A stretch of 64,000 nt of DNA from the human T2T-CHM13v2.0 reference genome, Homo sapiens. Shown piece after piece: positions 12,520-24,164 of the stretch (within the stretch, counting starts at the first letter, position 1; the number at the start of each line of letters is the position of its first letter). The stretch lies in assembly GCF_009914755.1 (NCBI RefSeq), contig NC_060926.1; one strand, given 5' to 3'. A program made the translations under genes and the position numbers. Under the pieces are notes generated by a model. It had not been told where the DNA came from. It searched no databases and was given only the letters and a program-made list of their open reading frames with translations.

Positions 12520-15034
12520 TTCAATCCCACCTATGAGTGAGAACATGCGGTGTTTGGTTTTCTGTCCATGTGATAGTTTGCTGAGAATGATGGTTTCCAG
12601 CTTCACCCATGTCCCTGCAAAGGACATGAGCTCATCCTTTTTTATGGCTGCATAGTATTCCATGTTGTATATGTGCCACATTTTCTTAATCCAGTCTATC
12701 ATTGATGGACATTTGCGTTGGTTCCAAGTTTTTGCTATTGTGAATAGTGCTGCAATAAACATATGTGTGCATGCATCTTTAGAGTAGCATGATTTATAAT
12801 CCTTTAGGTATATACCCAGTAATGGGATGGCTGGGTCAAATGTTATTTCTAGTTCTAGATCCTTGAGGAATCGCCACATTGTCTTCCAAAATGGTTGAAC
12901 TAATTTACACTCTGACCAACAGTGTAAAAGCATTCCTATTTCTCCACATCCTCTCCAGCATCTGTTGTTTCCTGTTTAATGATTGCCATTCTAACTGGTG
13001 TGAGATGGTATCTCATTGTGGTTTTGATTTGCATTTCTCTGATGGCCAGTGATGATGAGTATTTTTTCATGTGTCTGTTGGCTGCATAAGTATCTTCTTT
13101 TGAGAAGTGTCTGTTCATGTCCTTTGCCCACTTTTTGATGGGATTTTTTTTTTCCTAGTAAATTTGTTTGAGTTCTTTATAGATTCTGGATATTAGCCCT
13201 TTGTCAGATGGGTAGATTGCAAAAATTTTCTCCCATCCTGTAGGTTGCCTGTTCACTCTGATGGTAGTTTCTTTTGCTGTGCAGAAGCTCTTTAGTTTAA
13301 TTAGATCCCATTTGTCTATTCTGGCTTTTGTTGCCGTTGCTTTTAGTGTTTTAGTCGTGAAGTTCTTGCCCATACCTATGTCCTGAATGGTATTCCCTAG
13401 GTTTTCCTCTAGGGTTTTTATGGTTTTAGGTCTAACATTGAAGTCTTTATTCCATCTTGAATTAATTTTTGTATAAGGTGTGAGGAAAGGATCCAGTTTC
13501 AGCTTTCTACATATGGCTAGCCAGTTTTCCCAGCACCACTTATTAAATAGGGACTCCTTTCCCCATTTCTTGTTTTTGTCAGATTTGTCAAAGATCAGAT
13601 AGTTGTAGATGTGTGTTGTTATTTCTGAGGGCTCTGTTCTGTTCCATTGGTCTATATCTCTGTTTTGATACTAGTACCATGCTCTGTTGGTTACTGTAGC
13701 CTTGTAGTATAGTTTGAAGTCAGGTAGCGTGATGCCTCCAGCTTTGTTCTTTTTGCTTAGCACTGTCTTGGCAATGCAGGCTCTTTTTTGGTTCCTGAAC
13801 TTTAAAGTAGTTTTTTTCCAATTCTTTGAAGAAAGTCATTGGTAGCTTGATGGGGACGGCATTGAATCCATAAATTACCTTGGGCAGTATGGTCATTTTC
13901 ACAATATTGATTCTTCCTATCCGTGACCATGGAATATTCTTCCATTTGTTTGTGTCCTCTTTTATTTTGTTGAGCAGTGGTTTGTAGTTCTCTTTGAAGA
14001 GGTCCTTCATATCCCTTGTGAGTTGGATTCCTAGGTATTTTATCTTTTTATAACTATTGTGAATGGGAGCTCATTCATGATTTGGTTTCCTGTTTGTCTG
14101 TTATTGGTGTATAGGAATGTTTGTGATTTTTGCACATTGATTTTGTATCCTGAGACTTTGCTGAAGTTGCTTATCAGCTTAAGGAGATTTTGGGCTGAGG
14201 CGATGGGGTTTTCTAAATATACAATCATGTCATCTGCAAACAGGGACAATTCAGGAGCAGGTTGTTCAGTTTCCATGTAGTTGTGTGGTTTTGAGTGAGT
14301 TTCTTAATCCTGAGTTCTAGTTTGATTGCACTGTGGTCTGAGAGACAGTTTGTTGTGATTTCTGTTCTTTTACATTTGCTGAGGAGTGCTTTACTTCCAA
14401 TTATGTGGTCCATTTTAGAATAAGTGCGATGTGGTGCTGAGAGGAATGTATATTCTGTTGATTTGGGGTGGAGAGTTCTGTAGATGCCTATTAGGTCTGC
14501 TTGGTGCAGAGCTGAGTTCAAGTCCTGGATATCCTTGTTAACCTTCTGTCTCATTGATCTGTCTAATATTGACAGTGGGGTGTTAAAGTCTCCCATTATT
14601 ATTGTGTGGGAGTCTAAGTCTTTTTGTGGGTCTCAAAGGACTTGCTTTATGAATTTGGGTGCTCCTGTAATGGGTGCATATATATTTAGGATAGTTAGCT
14701 CTTCTTGTTTAATTGATCCCTTTACCGTTATGTAATGGCTTCTTTGTCTCTTTTGATCTTTGTTGGTTTAAAGTCTGTTTTATCAAGAGACTAGGATTGC
14801 AACCCCTGCTTTTTTTTTTTTTTTTTTTGGCTTTCCATTTTCTTGGTAGATCTTCCTCCATCCCTTTATTTTGAGCCTATGTGTGTCTCTGCAGGTGAGA
14901 TGGGTCTCCTGAATACAGCACACTGATGGCTCTTGATTCTTTATCGAACTTGCCAGTCTGTCTCTTTTAATTGGGGCATATGGCCCATTTACATTTAAGG
15001 TTAATATTGCTATGTGTGAATTTGATCCTGTCTT
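12520..15034 (-). pseudogene. L1 ORF2p remnant (endonuclease, FADD motif, C-terminal part); start codon mutated, internally deleted, many frameshifts
   Basis: GDFNTPLS..SDHSAIKLE (EN), [15 protein letters not shown] (RT) and LLHCW.ECKLVQP (Cys-rich) fragments; the ATG position reads AAG at 15032-15034. Confidence 0.9.
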
Positions 15035-15097
15035 TATGATGTTAGCTGGTTATTTTGCCCATTAATTGATGCAGTTTCTTCATATCATCGATGGTCT

Positions 15098-16122
15098 TTA
15101 CAATTTGGCATGTTTTTACAGTGGCTGGTACTGGTTGTTCCTTTCTATGTTTAGTGCTTCTTTCTGGAGCTCTTGTAAGGCAGGCCCGGGTGGTGACAAA
15201 ATCTCTCAGCATTTGCTTGTCTGTAAAGGATTTTATTTCTCCTTCATTTATGAAGCTTTGTTTGGCTGGATATGAAATTCTGGTTTGCAAATTCTTAAAG
15301 GATGTTGAATATTGTCCCCCACTCTCTTCTGGCTTGTAAGGTTTCTATTGAGAGATCCTCTGTTAGTCTGATGGGCTTCCCTTTGTGGGTTACCTGACCT
15401 TTCTCTCTGGCTGCCCTTAACATTTTTTCCTTCATTTCAACCTTGATGAATCTGACAATTATGTGTCTTGGGGTTGCTCTTCTCGAGGAGTGTCTTTGTG
15501 GTGTTCTCTGTATTTACTGAATTTGAATGTTGTTGAATGCCTTGCTAGGTTGGGGAAGTTCTCCTGGATAATGTCCTGAAGAAAGTTTTCCAACTTGGTT
15601 CCATTTTCCCCGTCACTTTCAGATACACCAATCAAATGTAGATTTGGTCTTTTCACATAGTCCCATATTGTTTGGAGACTTTGTTCGTTTCTTTTTAACT
15701 CTTTTTTCTCTAAACTTCTCTTCTTGCTTTATTTCACTAATTTTATCTTCAATCACTGATACCCTTTCTTCCACTTGATCAAATTGTCTACTGAAGCTTG
15801 TGCATGCATCATGTAGGTCTTGTGCCATGGTTTTCAGCTCCATCAAGTCATTTAAGGTATTCTCTACACTGTTTATTCTAGTTAGCCATTCATCTAATCT
15901 TTTTTCAAGGCTTTTAGCTTCCTTGTGATGGGTTTGAACATCCTCCTTTAGCTCGGAGAAGTTTGTTATTACCGACCTTCTGAAGCCTACTTCTGCCAAC
16001 TTGTCAAAGTCTTTCTGCATCCAGCTTTGTTCCATTGCTGGTGAGGAGCTGTGATCCTTTGGAGGAGAAGAGGTGCTCTGGTTTATAGAATTTTCAGCTT
16101 TTCTGCTCTGTTTTCTCCCCAT
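15098..16122 (-). pseudogene. L1 ORF1p remnant, frameshifted
   Basis: MGRKQSRKAENS...LMELKTMA...QVEERVS and MKRPNLHLIGV..., RISYPAK... fragments lie in different frames. Confidence 0.9.
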
Positions 16123-17768
16123 CTTTGTGGTTTTATCTACCTTTGGACTTTGATGTCGGTGACCTGCAGATGGGGTTTTGGTGTAGATGTCCTTTTTCTT
16201 GATGTTGATGCTATTCCTTTCTGTTTGTTATTTTTCCTTCTGACAGTCAGGTCCCTCAGCTGTAGGTCTGTTGGAGTTTGCTGGAGGTCCACTCCAGACC
16301 CTGTTTGCCTGTGTATCACCAGCAGAGGCTGCAGAACAGCAAATATTGCTGCCTGATCCTTCCTCTGGAAGCTTTGTCCTAGAGGGGCACCCGCCTGTAT
16401 GAGGTATCTGTCAGCCCCTACCGGGAGGTGTCTCCCAGTTAGGCTACACAGGGGTCAGGGACCCACTTGAGGAGGCAGGCTGTCCATTCTCAGAGCTCAA
16501 ATGCTGTGCTGGGACAACGCACTGCTCTCTTCAGAGCTGTCAGACAGGGACGTTTAAGTCTGCAGAAGTTGTCTGCTGCCTTTTGTTCAGCTATGCCTTG
16601 CCCACAGAGGTTGAGTCTATAGAGGCAGTAGGCCTTGCTTTTTGGGCACTTTGTTTACCTACTCAAGCCTCAGCAATGGTGGATGCCCCTCCCCCTGCCA
16701 GGCTGAAGCCTCACAGTTGGATCTCAGACTGCTGTACTAGCAGTGAGCAAGGCTCCATGAGTGTGGGACCCCCTGCCCCGAGCCAGGCACAGGAGAGAAT
16801 CTCCTTGTCTGCCGGTTGCTAAGACCTTCGGAAAAGCATAGTATTTGGGCGGGAGTGTCCCGTTTTTCCAGGTACAGTCTGTCACGGCTTCCCTTGGCTA
16901 GGAAAGGGAAATCCCCCAAACCCTTGTGCTTCCCGGGTGAGGCAACACCTCTACCTGCTTCGGGTGGCCCTCTGTGGGCTGCACCCACCGTCCAACCAGT
17001 CCCAGTGAGATGAACCAGGTACCTCAGTTGGAAATGCAGAAATCACCCGTCTTCTGCATTGATCATGCTGGGAGTTGCAGACTGGTGCTGTTCCTATTTG
17101 GCCATCTTGGAACAGAACTCGCTAATATGTTTTTATTTGCACACTTTGTTCATACCAAAAGGACTATTACAATATAGCTCCAAATCACTATCCCACAGCC
17201 TCATTAAAATTTTCCATTAATTGATCTTTTCTTTGCTGCAAATATTTATTAACTACTAATATTTTTAAAAAATAATGTCTTGTTATGATGACTGACATTT
17301 TTTAAGGAAATTTTTGGTCACTTATATTAATTGTTTTAACAATTATGTTTTATGTCACATACCTGCTAAGCAATGTCAGGAGGTTGAGAAGCAGCTGTGA
17401 CTGCAGAGTGCAGGGACTCCCACAGGTCTCTTGAGGACATGGCATTGAGACACAGTTCATATTCAAACAAACTATTAAAGTTGTATTTAAAAAATCCATA
17501 TGTGGTACATATATAGAAGGCAAAAATTTTAGTTATTTGGTATTAGCCTTGCTCATTACTTGGTGCCTTTAGGGATAGACATTCATGTTGCGTTACCATT
17601 TAAAGTTGCATTTAGCTATTTACATAAACATAGTTTGGGGAAAATTCTACAATTTCAGATTTGTAAGTAGGAATCACACATGTAAAACTCAATGTTATCA
17701 AGCTAGCAATCTAGATTCACAGAAACAAGGGTAATGTCAGTAAGATGGTGGAATAAAAAGTAACCCTC

Positions 17769-18078
<310 letters not shown>

Positions 18079-20571
18079 CTATCTCCGCCCACAAGAATCC
18101 TGCACCCATCCACAGACAAAAGTCTATCAGCAGGAGTTTCAGGATTCAGGTAGGAGGTTGCAGAGCCCCAGTGGAGCCCAAGACTTAGGAGGATTATTTT
18201 GAGAGTACAGACCAGCACCCACGTAGCTGATCTGCTGATTATGCTCCCAGGTTCAAGCCTAGGAATAACCTCATTTCCCAAAGGGCTTGGCTAGATCCTT
18301 GTTTGGCCTTAAACCTGTGCCAAAACCATTTGCCCAGGCATCCAAGAGGAACCACACAGACTACTGCCTCAGTGAAGAGACTTGTCTGCTCAATGACAGT
18401 GGTCTTCACACTGAAACTGAAAGTTGTTCTTTGGCTTGGCACTAGCCTCCCTCAGCTGAGGTTCCACATGAGGACTGCTTGTACAAGGATACAGAAGGAG
18501 ACTTGCCCATATTCTCTCAACCTGGGAGTCTAAGCCTCCATAATGAGTTCACTAACCTCCATTTCACAGCAGATTTTGAGGTGCACCAGACTCAGTTCCA
18601 GCTCCCCTTACTACTTTTGGGGAACTATGCTGTCTATGCAAAGACCTGCTGGGAATTGCACACTCACGTGGGCCAGTGAGACAGGTTCGTCAGCTGCTGT
18701 CACACAGCAGATCCTGAGAGGGCCCAGACCACTTGTGCAGGACCTGCCGGGAAGCACACCTGTATGGACACAGTTCCACTGCGCAGAGACCTGCTGGGAA
18801 GCACACCTGTGTGGGCCACTGGAAAATATTTCAGTCTTAGGTTCCTGCTCAGCTTTCATCAACAGCCTAGGGACCCTCCTTAAGTCTTCCCCAGGTCCAT
18901 CTAGGACAGAGAGCCATGTCATCCTTGGAACCTTTGTGAGATTCACAGCAAACCTGGGCTGAGAGGTTCCTCTAGTGCTAAGACAACTTCAGTGATCACA
19001 GGCTCAGGGAACACAATTAGTATTTTTAGATCTCTGGAAGACGCTCTGAAAAATGATAGGCACAGTAAAGCCAGACTGTGAAGACTGCAACAAATACCCA
19101 GTCTTTCAAAATGCAGACATTGTCACATGTCCACTATTATCAGTAATATTCAGGGAAATGTTACCTTACCAAAGAGAGAAAATAAGGCACCAGACACTGA
19201 TTTTAAAGTGACAGGGATGTGTCATCTCTCAGACAAAGAATTCAAAAATAGCTGTTTTAAGGATGCTCCTCAAACTTCAAAAAATATAGAGAAACAATTG
19301 AGAAATTTATCAGGGAAATTTTATAGAGAGATTGAAATTTTAAAAAATCAAACAGAAATCCTGGAGCTGAAAAATATAATGAATGAAATAAAAGACACAG
19401 TGGAGAGCATTAACAGCAGAATTGATCAAACAGAAGAAAGAATTAGTAAGCTTGGTGACAGGCTATTTGAAAATACAGTCAGAAGGGAAAAAGAGAAAAG
19501 AATAAAAATAAAGAAGTTACAGGATCCTACAACAGTTGCCTGTCAAAGAAAAGCTCAGAAGTAGGCTTCACTGCTGAATTCTACCAAACATGTAAAAAAA
19601 GAGCTAATACCAATGTTTCTCAAACTATTCCAAAAACTTGAAGAGGATAGAGTTCTTACTAACTCATCCTATGAGAACAGCACTACCCTGATACCAAAAC
19701 CAGACAAGGACCCAACAACAACAACAACCAACACTATTGGCCACCATTCCTGATGAACATAGATGCAAAAACTCTCAAGAAAACACTAGCAAACCAAATC
19801 CAACAGCACATCGAAAAGATCATTCAGCATCATCAAATGAGATTTATCCCAGGGATGCAAGGATGATTCAACATAGGCAATTCAATAAATGTTATATATC
19901 ACATTAACAGAATGAAAGACAAAAATTATATGATCATCTCATTAGCCATGGGAAAAGCATTCAATAAAATTCACAATCCCTTTATAATAAAAACCCTGAA
20001 CAATTAGGTATAGAAGCAACATACCACAACACAATAAAGGCCATATATGAGAAACCTACAAACATCATACTAAATAGGGAAAAGCTGAAAGTTTTTCCTC
20101 TAAAATCTGGACTAAGACAAACATGCCTATCTTTACTGTTTCTGTTCAACATAGCACTAGAAGTCCTAGCCAGAGCAATTAGGCAGCAAAAAGAAATAAC
20201 GCGCATCCAAATTGGAAAGGAGGAAGACAAATTGTCTCTTTTTACAGATGATATGATCTTATATAGAGAAAACTCTACAGACCCCACTGAAAAACTGTTA
20301 GAACTAATAAATTCAGTAAAGATGGAGTACACAAAATCAATAAAAAATAGTAACATTTCTATATGCAATAGCAAACTCTCCAAAAAAGATATGACAAAGA
20401 AGCCCATTTACAATAACTACAAAAAATCTAGAAATAAGTTTAAACAAAAACATGAAATGTCTCTGCAATGAAATCTACAAAATAATGATGACAGGAAATA
20501 GAAGAGGACACTAATAAATGGAAAGATACCCTGTGATCATGGACTGGAAGAATTAATATTGTTAAAATATC

Positions 20572-20939
20572 TGGATCAGTCTCTTCTCACACTGCTATAA
20601 AGGACTGCCTGAGACTGAATAATTTATAAAGGAAAGAGGTTTAATTGACTCACAGTTCCACATCGTTGGGGAGGCCTCAGGAAACTTAAAATCATGGCAG
20701 AAGGGGAATCAAACACATCCTTCTTCACATGGTGGCGGCAGAAGTGCTGAGCAAAAGGGGGAAAAGCCCCTTGTAAAACCTTCAGATCTCTTGAGAACTC
20801 ACACACTATCACAAGAATAGCATGAGGGTAACCGCCCCCATGATTAAATTACTTCCCACCCATCCCTCCTAGACATATGGCGATTATGGGAACTACAATT
20901 CAAGAGGAAATTGAGAGGGGATACAGCCAAACCATATCA
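20572..20939 (-). mobile_element. THE1C-like solo LTR inside L1MA ORF2
   Basis: Ends ccaaaccatatca; TSD atatc/atgtc; the L1 sequence gttaaaat(g)tc|catact resumes exactly after it. Confidence 0.9.
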
Positions 20940-21799
20940 ATGTCCATACTGCCCAAAGTGATCTACAAACTCAGTGCAATCTCTATCAAAATACTAATGA
21001 CATTCTCTATAAAAATTGAAGTAAAATTTCAAATCTTTTTGGAACCAAAAGGCTGCAAATAGCCAAAGCAATCCTGAGAATAAAGAAAAAAACTGGAGGT
21101 ATCATACTACCTGACATTAAAATATACTACAATGCTAAGAAATTCAAATATTCTTACCATAAAGAAATGACAAGTGTTTGAGGTGATAGATATGATAATT
21201 ATCCTGATTTGAGCATTACTCAATGTACCCATGTATCAAAATATCACATTGTATCCATAAATATGTAGTTACATGTCAATGAAAAACAAAATACATCTTT
21301 AAAAAAGATTCACAGAAACAGATAGGCAATAAACAATATTTATATATGGCCCTGAAAAACTATTGAATTGAATTTTATTTGTTAAATTGAATTTTAATTC
21401 TCTTATGGTATTAGAGCTCGGATGTCTTAATTTCTCCTTGATTTCTCCATTGGAAGTAGATATTTATTTTAAACCTCCTTTTAAAGTAATCTGTCATGAG
21501 ACATTTTAAGGAACTATAAAAGCTACTTATTAAGTCATTTTTATAAAGCAAAGCCAAAACCAAAAAAGGAAGATGACAGTAATTTCCAGAAAATTATTAA
21601 TAGCCACAGAAAATTCAATCTAAAGGAAAAAATAAAAACAAAAACTGTAAATAATACGTGGCAGGAAAATGAGCAGGGAGCCTCACCTGACTTCAAATTT
21701 CCAGGAAGTTGACCTAAGTCTTACTAGGATGGACATTCCATAGGGCCTTCTAGAAGCTCTTGCTGGACTTTTCCATTTTTCCTTATTTTTATTTTGCAT

Positions 21800-22620
21800 T
21801 CTAGTCTCATCTTGAAATTAGTCATGTAAATCTTTGATATTTATGAGATATACCAATATGTTTTATTATTTCTTTGCCTATAACTAATTTCTTTCTTTTC
21901 TCTCCTTCCTGCAGGGTTTCATTTTATCTTGCTAACGATAGTCTCTCATAGTTCTTTCAGGGAAAGTGTGTGGGTAGTAAACTTTTTTTGGTCTTTGTAT
22001 ATCTGGAAATGTCATTATTTTATTTTCATTCTGTTATTTCCTCTGTCACTATTGTTGCTGATGAGAATCAACTATAAATCTAATAGTTGATCCTTTGTAG
22101 ATAATGTTGGATCTTTCTCATACATTTTAATATCTTGCATATTTAGCTTTTAATTTTTCTATGCTATGTCTACATGTAGATTTGCTTCTTTTTTGTTTTT
22201 CTCTGGACTTGATGTGTCTTCTCAATATGAGCACTTTTGTCTTTCTACAATGCTGGAAATTTTTCAGCCATTATGTTATTAAATATTGTGTTTTGTCAAT
22301 TCTCTCTAGTATCTCTTTTAGGAATTCCTTTTATATCTCTGTTGAATCTTCTCATTCACTTCATGTTTCTTTTTATATTTCCTGTGCTTTACTATTTTGT
22401 GTGGCATCCCAATTAATTTCTTCCCAACTGTCTTATAAATCAATCTTTCTTTAGCTGAATCCTGTTTAATTTTATTCTTTCTACTGAGTTTTTCTATTTC
22501 AATTACTACATTTCTTATAGAAATGTAGTATTTTAGATTCTTTTCAACTTTGTCCATCCTTGTTTCATTATGTCTAGTTTGATTTTAGGCATATATTAAT
22601 TTCTTTTTTTACTTTTTGAT
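21800..22620 (-). mobile_element. Ancient L1ME-type fragment
   Basis: T-rich reverse L1 ORF1-like text (ttgctgatgagaa, tggaaatttttcagccattat, ctactgagtttt). Confidence 0.6.
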
Positions 22621-22699
22621 CTATAATTTCTATAAATTTTGAGTGGCAGGAATATTTCTTCATTATCTTATATTTCCTTGTTTCCTAGAAACCTGCACT

Positions 22700-23405
22700 A
22701 GCATTTTCACCTCAACTATTCCAATATGAATTCCAAATCAAAAAGTTCACTGAAACTCTTCTTGAGCTCTGTATTGTTGTACCCAATGAGTAATTTTCAT
22801 TGTCACTTAAAATGTTCTCCTCTCTTGAGCCCTGAGAAATAAAATATCCATAGGCACCGCTTCTCAATCTACTGTGCTGGATCCTACTTTATTACTTGAC
22901 TGCTAAATATTATAGTGTATCAAGGCTCAATCTTAAATCCTGTTATCTAGCAGATTCTCTTTATAATTCATATTATTTAAACTTGTAACTTTTAATTTTA
23001 TTTATATGATGATGATTTTCAAGTAAATCCCACTCTGACCCCCAAAGTTACCATTAGTCATTTTGCAACTCAGCCTAAACATCTGATATCTCATTAAAAT
23101 ATGTTAAAAATGAAACTTGCTTTCCCGTAATCCACACTGATTCCTTTCTCCATTATGTCATCTTAATAAATATTATTCTATTCATCTAGATGCAGAAGTA
23201 GAACTCTCCGTCATAGCTAGCAATTGTCTTGGGGATTTTTGTCTGTTTACTTTTTTCAAAAATCTCTCTACACCAGAATTCAGGGAAAAGAAATAAGAAA
23301 AGGATATTTCCAATTTCATTTTACCCAATATCTCCAGTATGTAGCATAGTTTGTTTTACATATTTAATATTCATAAAAGGAGATGAATAAATAAATGAAT
23401 GCTGA
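22700..23405 (+). mobile_element. Degenerate L2 fragments
   Basis: L2-like body and aataaataaatgaatg tail. Confidence 0.45.
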
Positions 23406-23820
23406 ATTCGGAACAAATATAAGCACAAGGCTTTCATTATAGCATTGTATCATTAGATCTTATTTATTTCAACTTGATTAGGCTTCCAAATTCTGTGGAT
23501 GCTTAGCTGCAAACTAAAGTTATTTAATTATCAGGACAGATTCGCTGTTCCTTAGAAAGCTACTGTGGCATCATAGTTTACCATGCCTTTGGAGTCTCTG
23601 TACAATTGTCCAATTTCAGTTATATTTTTCTCCTATTGGTACTTTTCGGATTCTGGCTTTGCTATTCATAAGACATATGATCTTGAGCAAATTATTTAGC
23701 TCATCTTTAAAATGAGTGACAAAAGAACAGAGAATATTAGATAATACATACAATGTGTTTTAAATAGTGCTTAGTAACTAGGAGATGGTACTACTGCTAC
23801 TACTGCTATTATTATTACTA

Positions 23821-24164
23821 AAGTCTGAACATCTCTAATCCAAAAATCTAAACTCCAAAATGTTCCAAAATCCAAAACATGACACCGTAAGGTGAAAATT
23901 CAACACCTGACACCTTTGCTTTTTGCTAATTTAGTGTACACAAACTTTGTTTCATGTATAAAATTATTTAAAATGCTGTATAAAATTACCTTCAGTCTGT
24001 ATGTATAAGGTATATATGAAACATAAATTAATGTTTTGTTTAGACTTGGGTCCTATCCCCATGATATTACATTATGTATATGCAAATATTCTAAAATTTT
24101 TAAAAAGTCAGAAATCTCAAACATTTCTATTCCTAAGAATTTTGTATAAGGCATACTCAACCTG
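23821..24164 (+). mobile_element. MER46C-like TcMar-Tigger MITE
   Basis: acacctgacacctttgcttt...tagacttgggtcctatcccc core, right TIR atactcaacctg, TA on both flanks. Confidence 0.8.

Larger units (their letters stand above)
12309..17120 (-). mobile_element. L1PA6-like LINE-1 with both termini and a ~1.3-kb internal ORF2 deletion, antisense to SPAG16
   Basis: 5'UTR start (sense ccaagatggccaaataggaac), ORF1 and ORF2 peptides in the ORF track, 3'UTR and poly(A) at 12309. TSD core gctaat at 12303-12308 and 17121-17126. Length 4.8 kb. Confidence 0.92.

Noticed and set aside
12309-17120. Active LINE-1 or novel reverse-transcriptase system
   Set aside because: ORF1 and ORF2 are frameshifted, the ORF2 start is mutated and most of the RT domain is deleted.
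18239-18962. ORF cluster including 139 aa and 111 aa frames
   Set aside because: They lie in the GC-richer L1MA 5'UTR, are open on both strands and show no recognisable protein motif.
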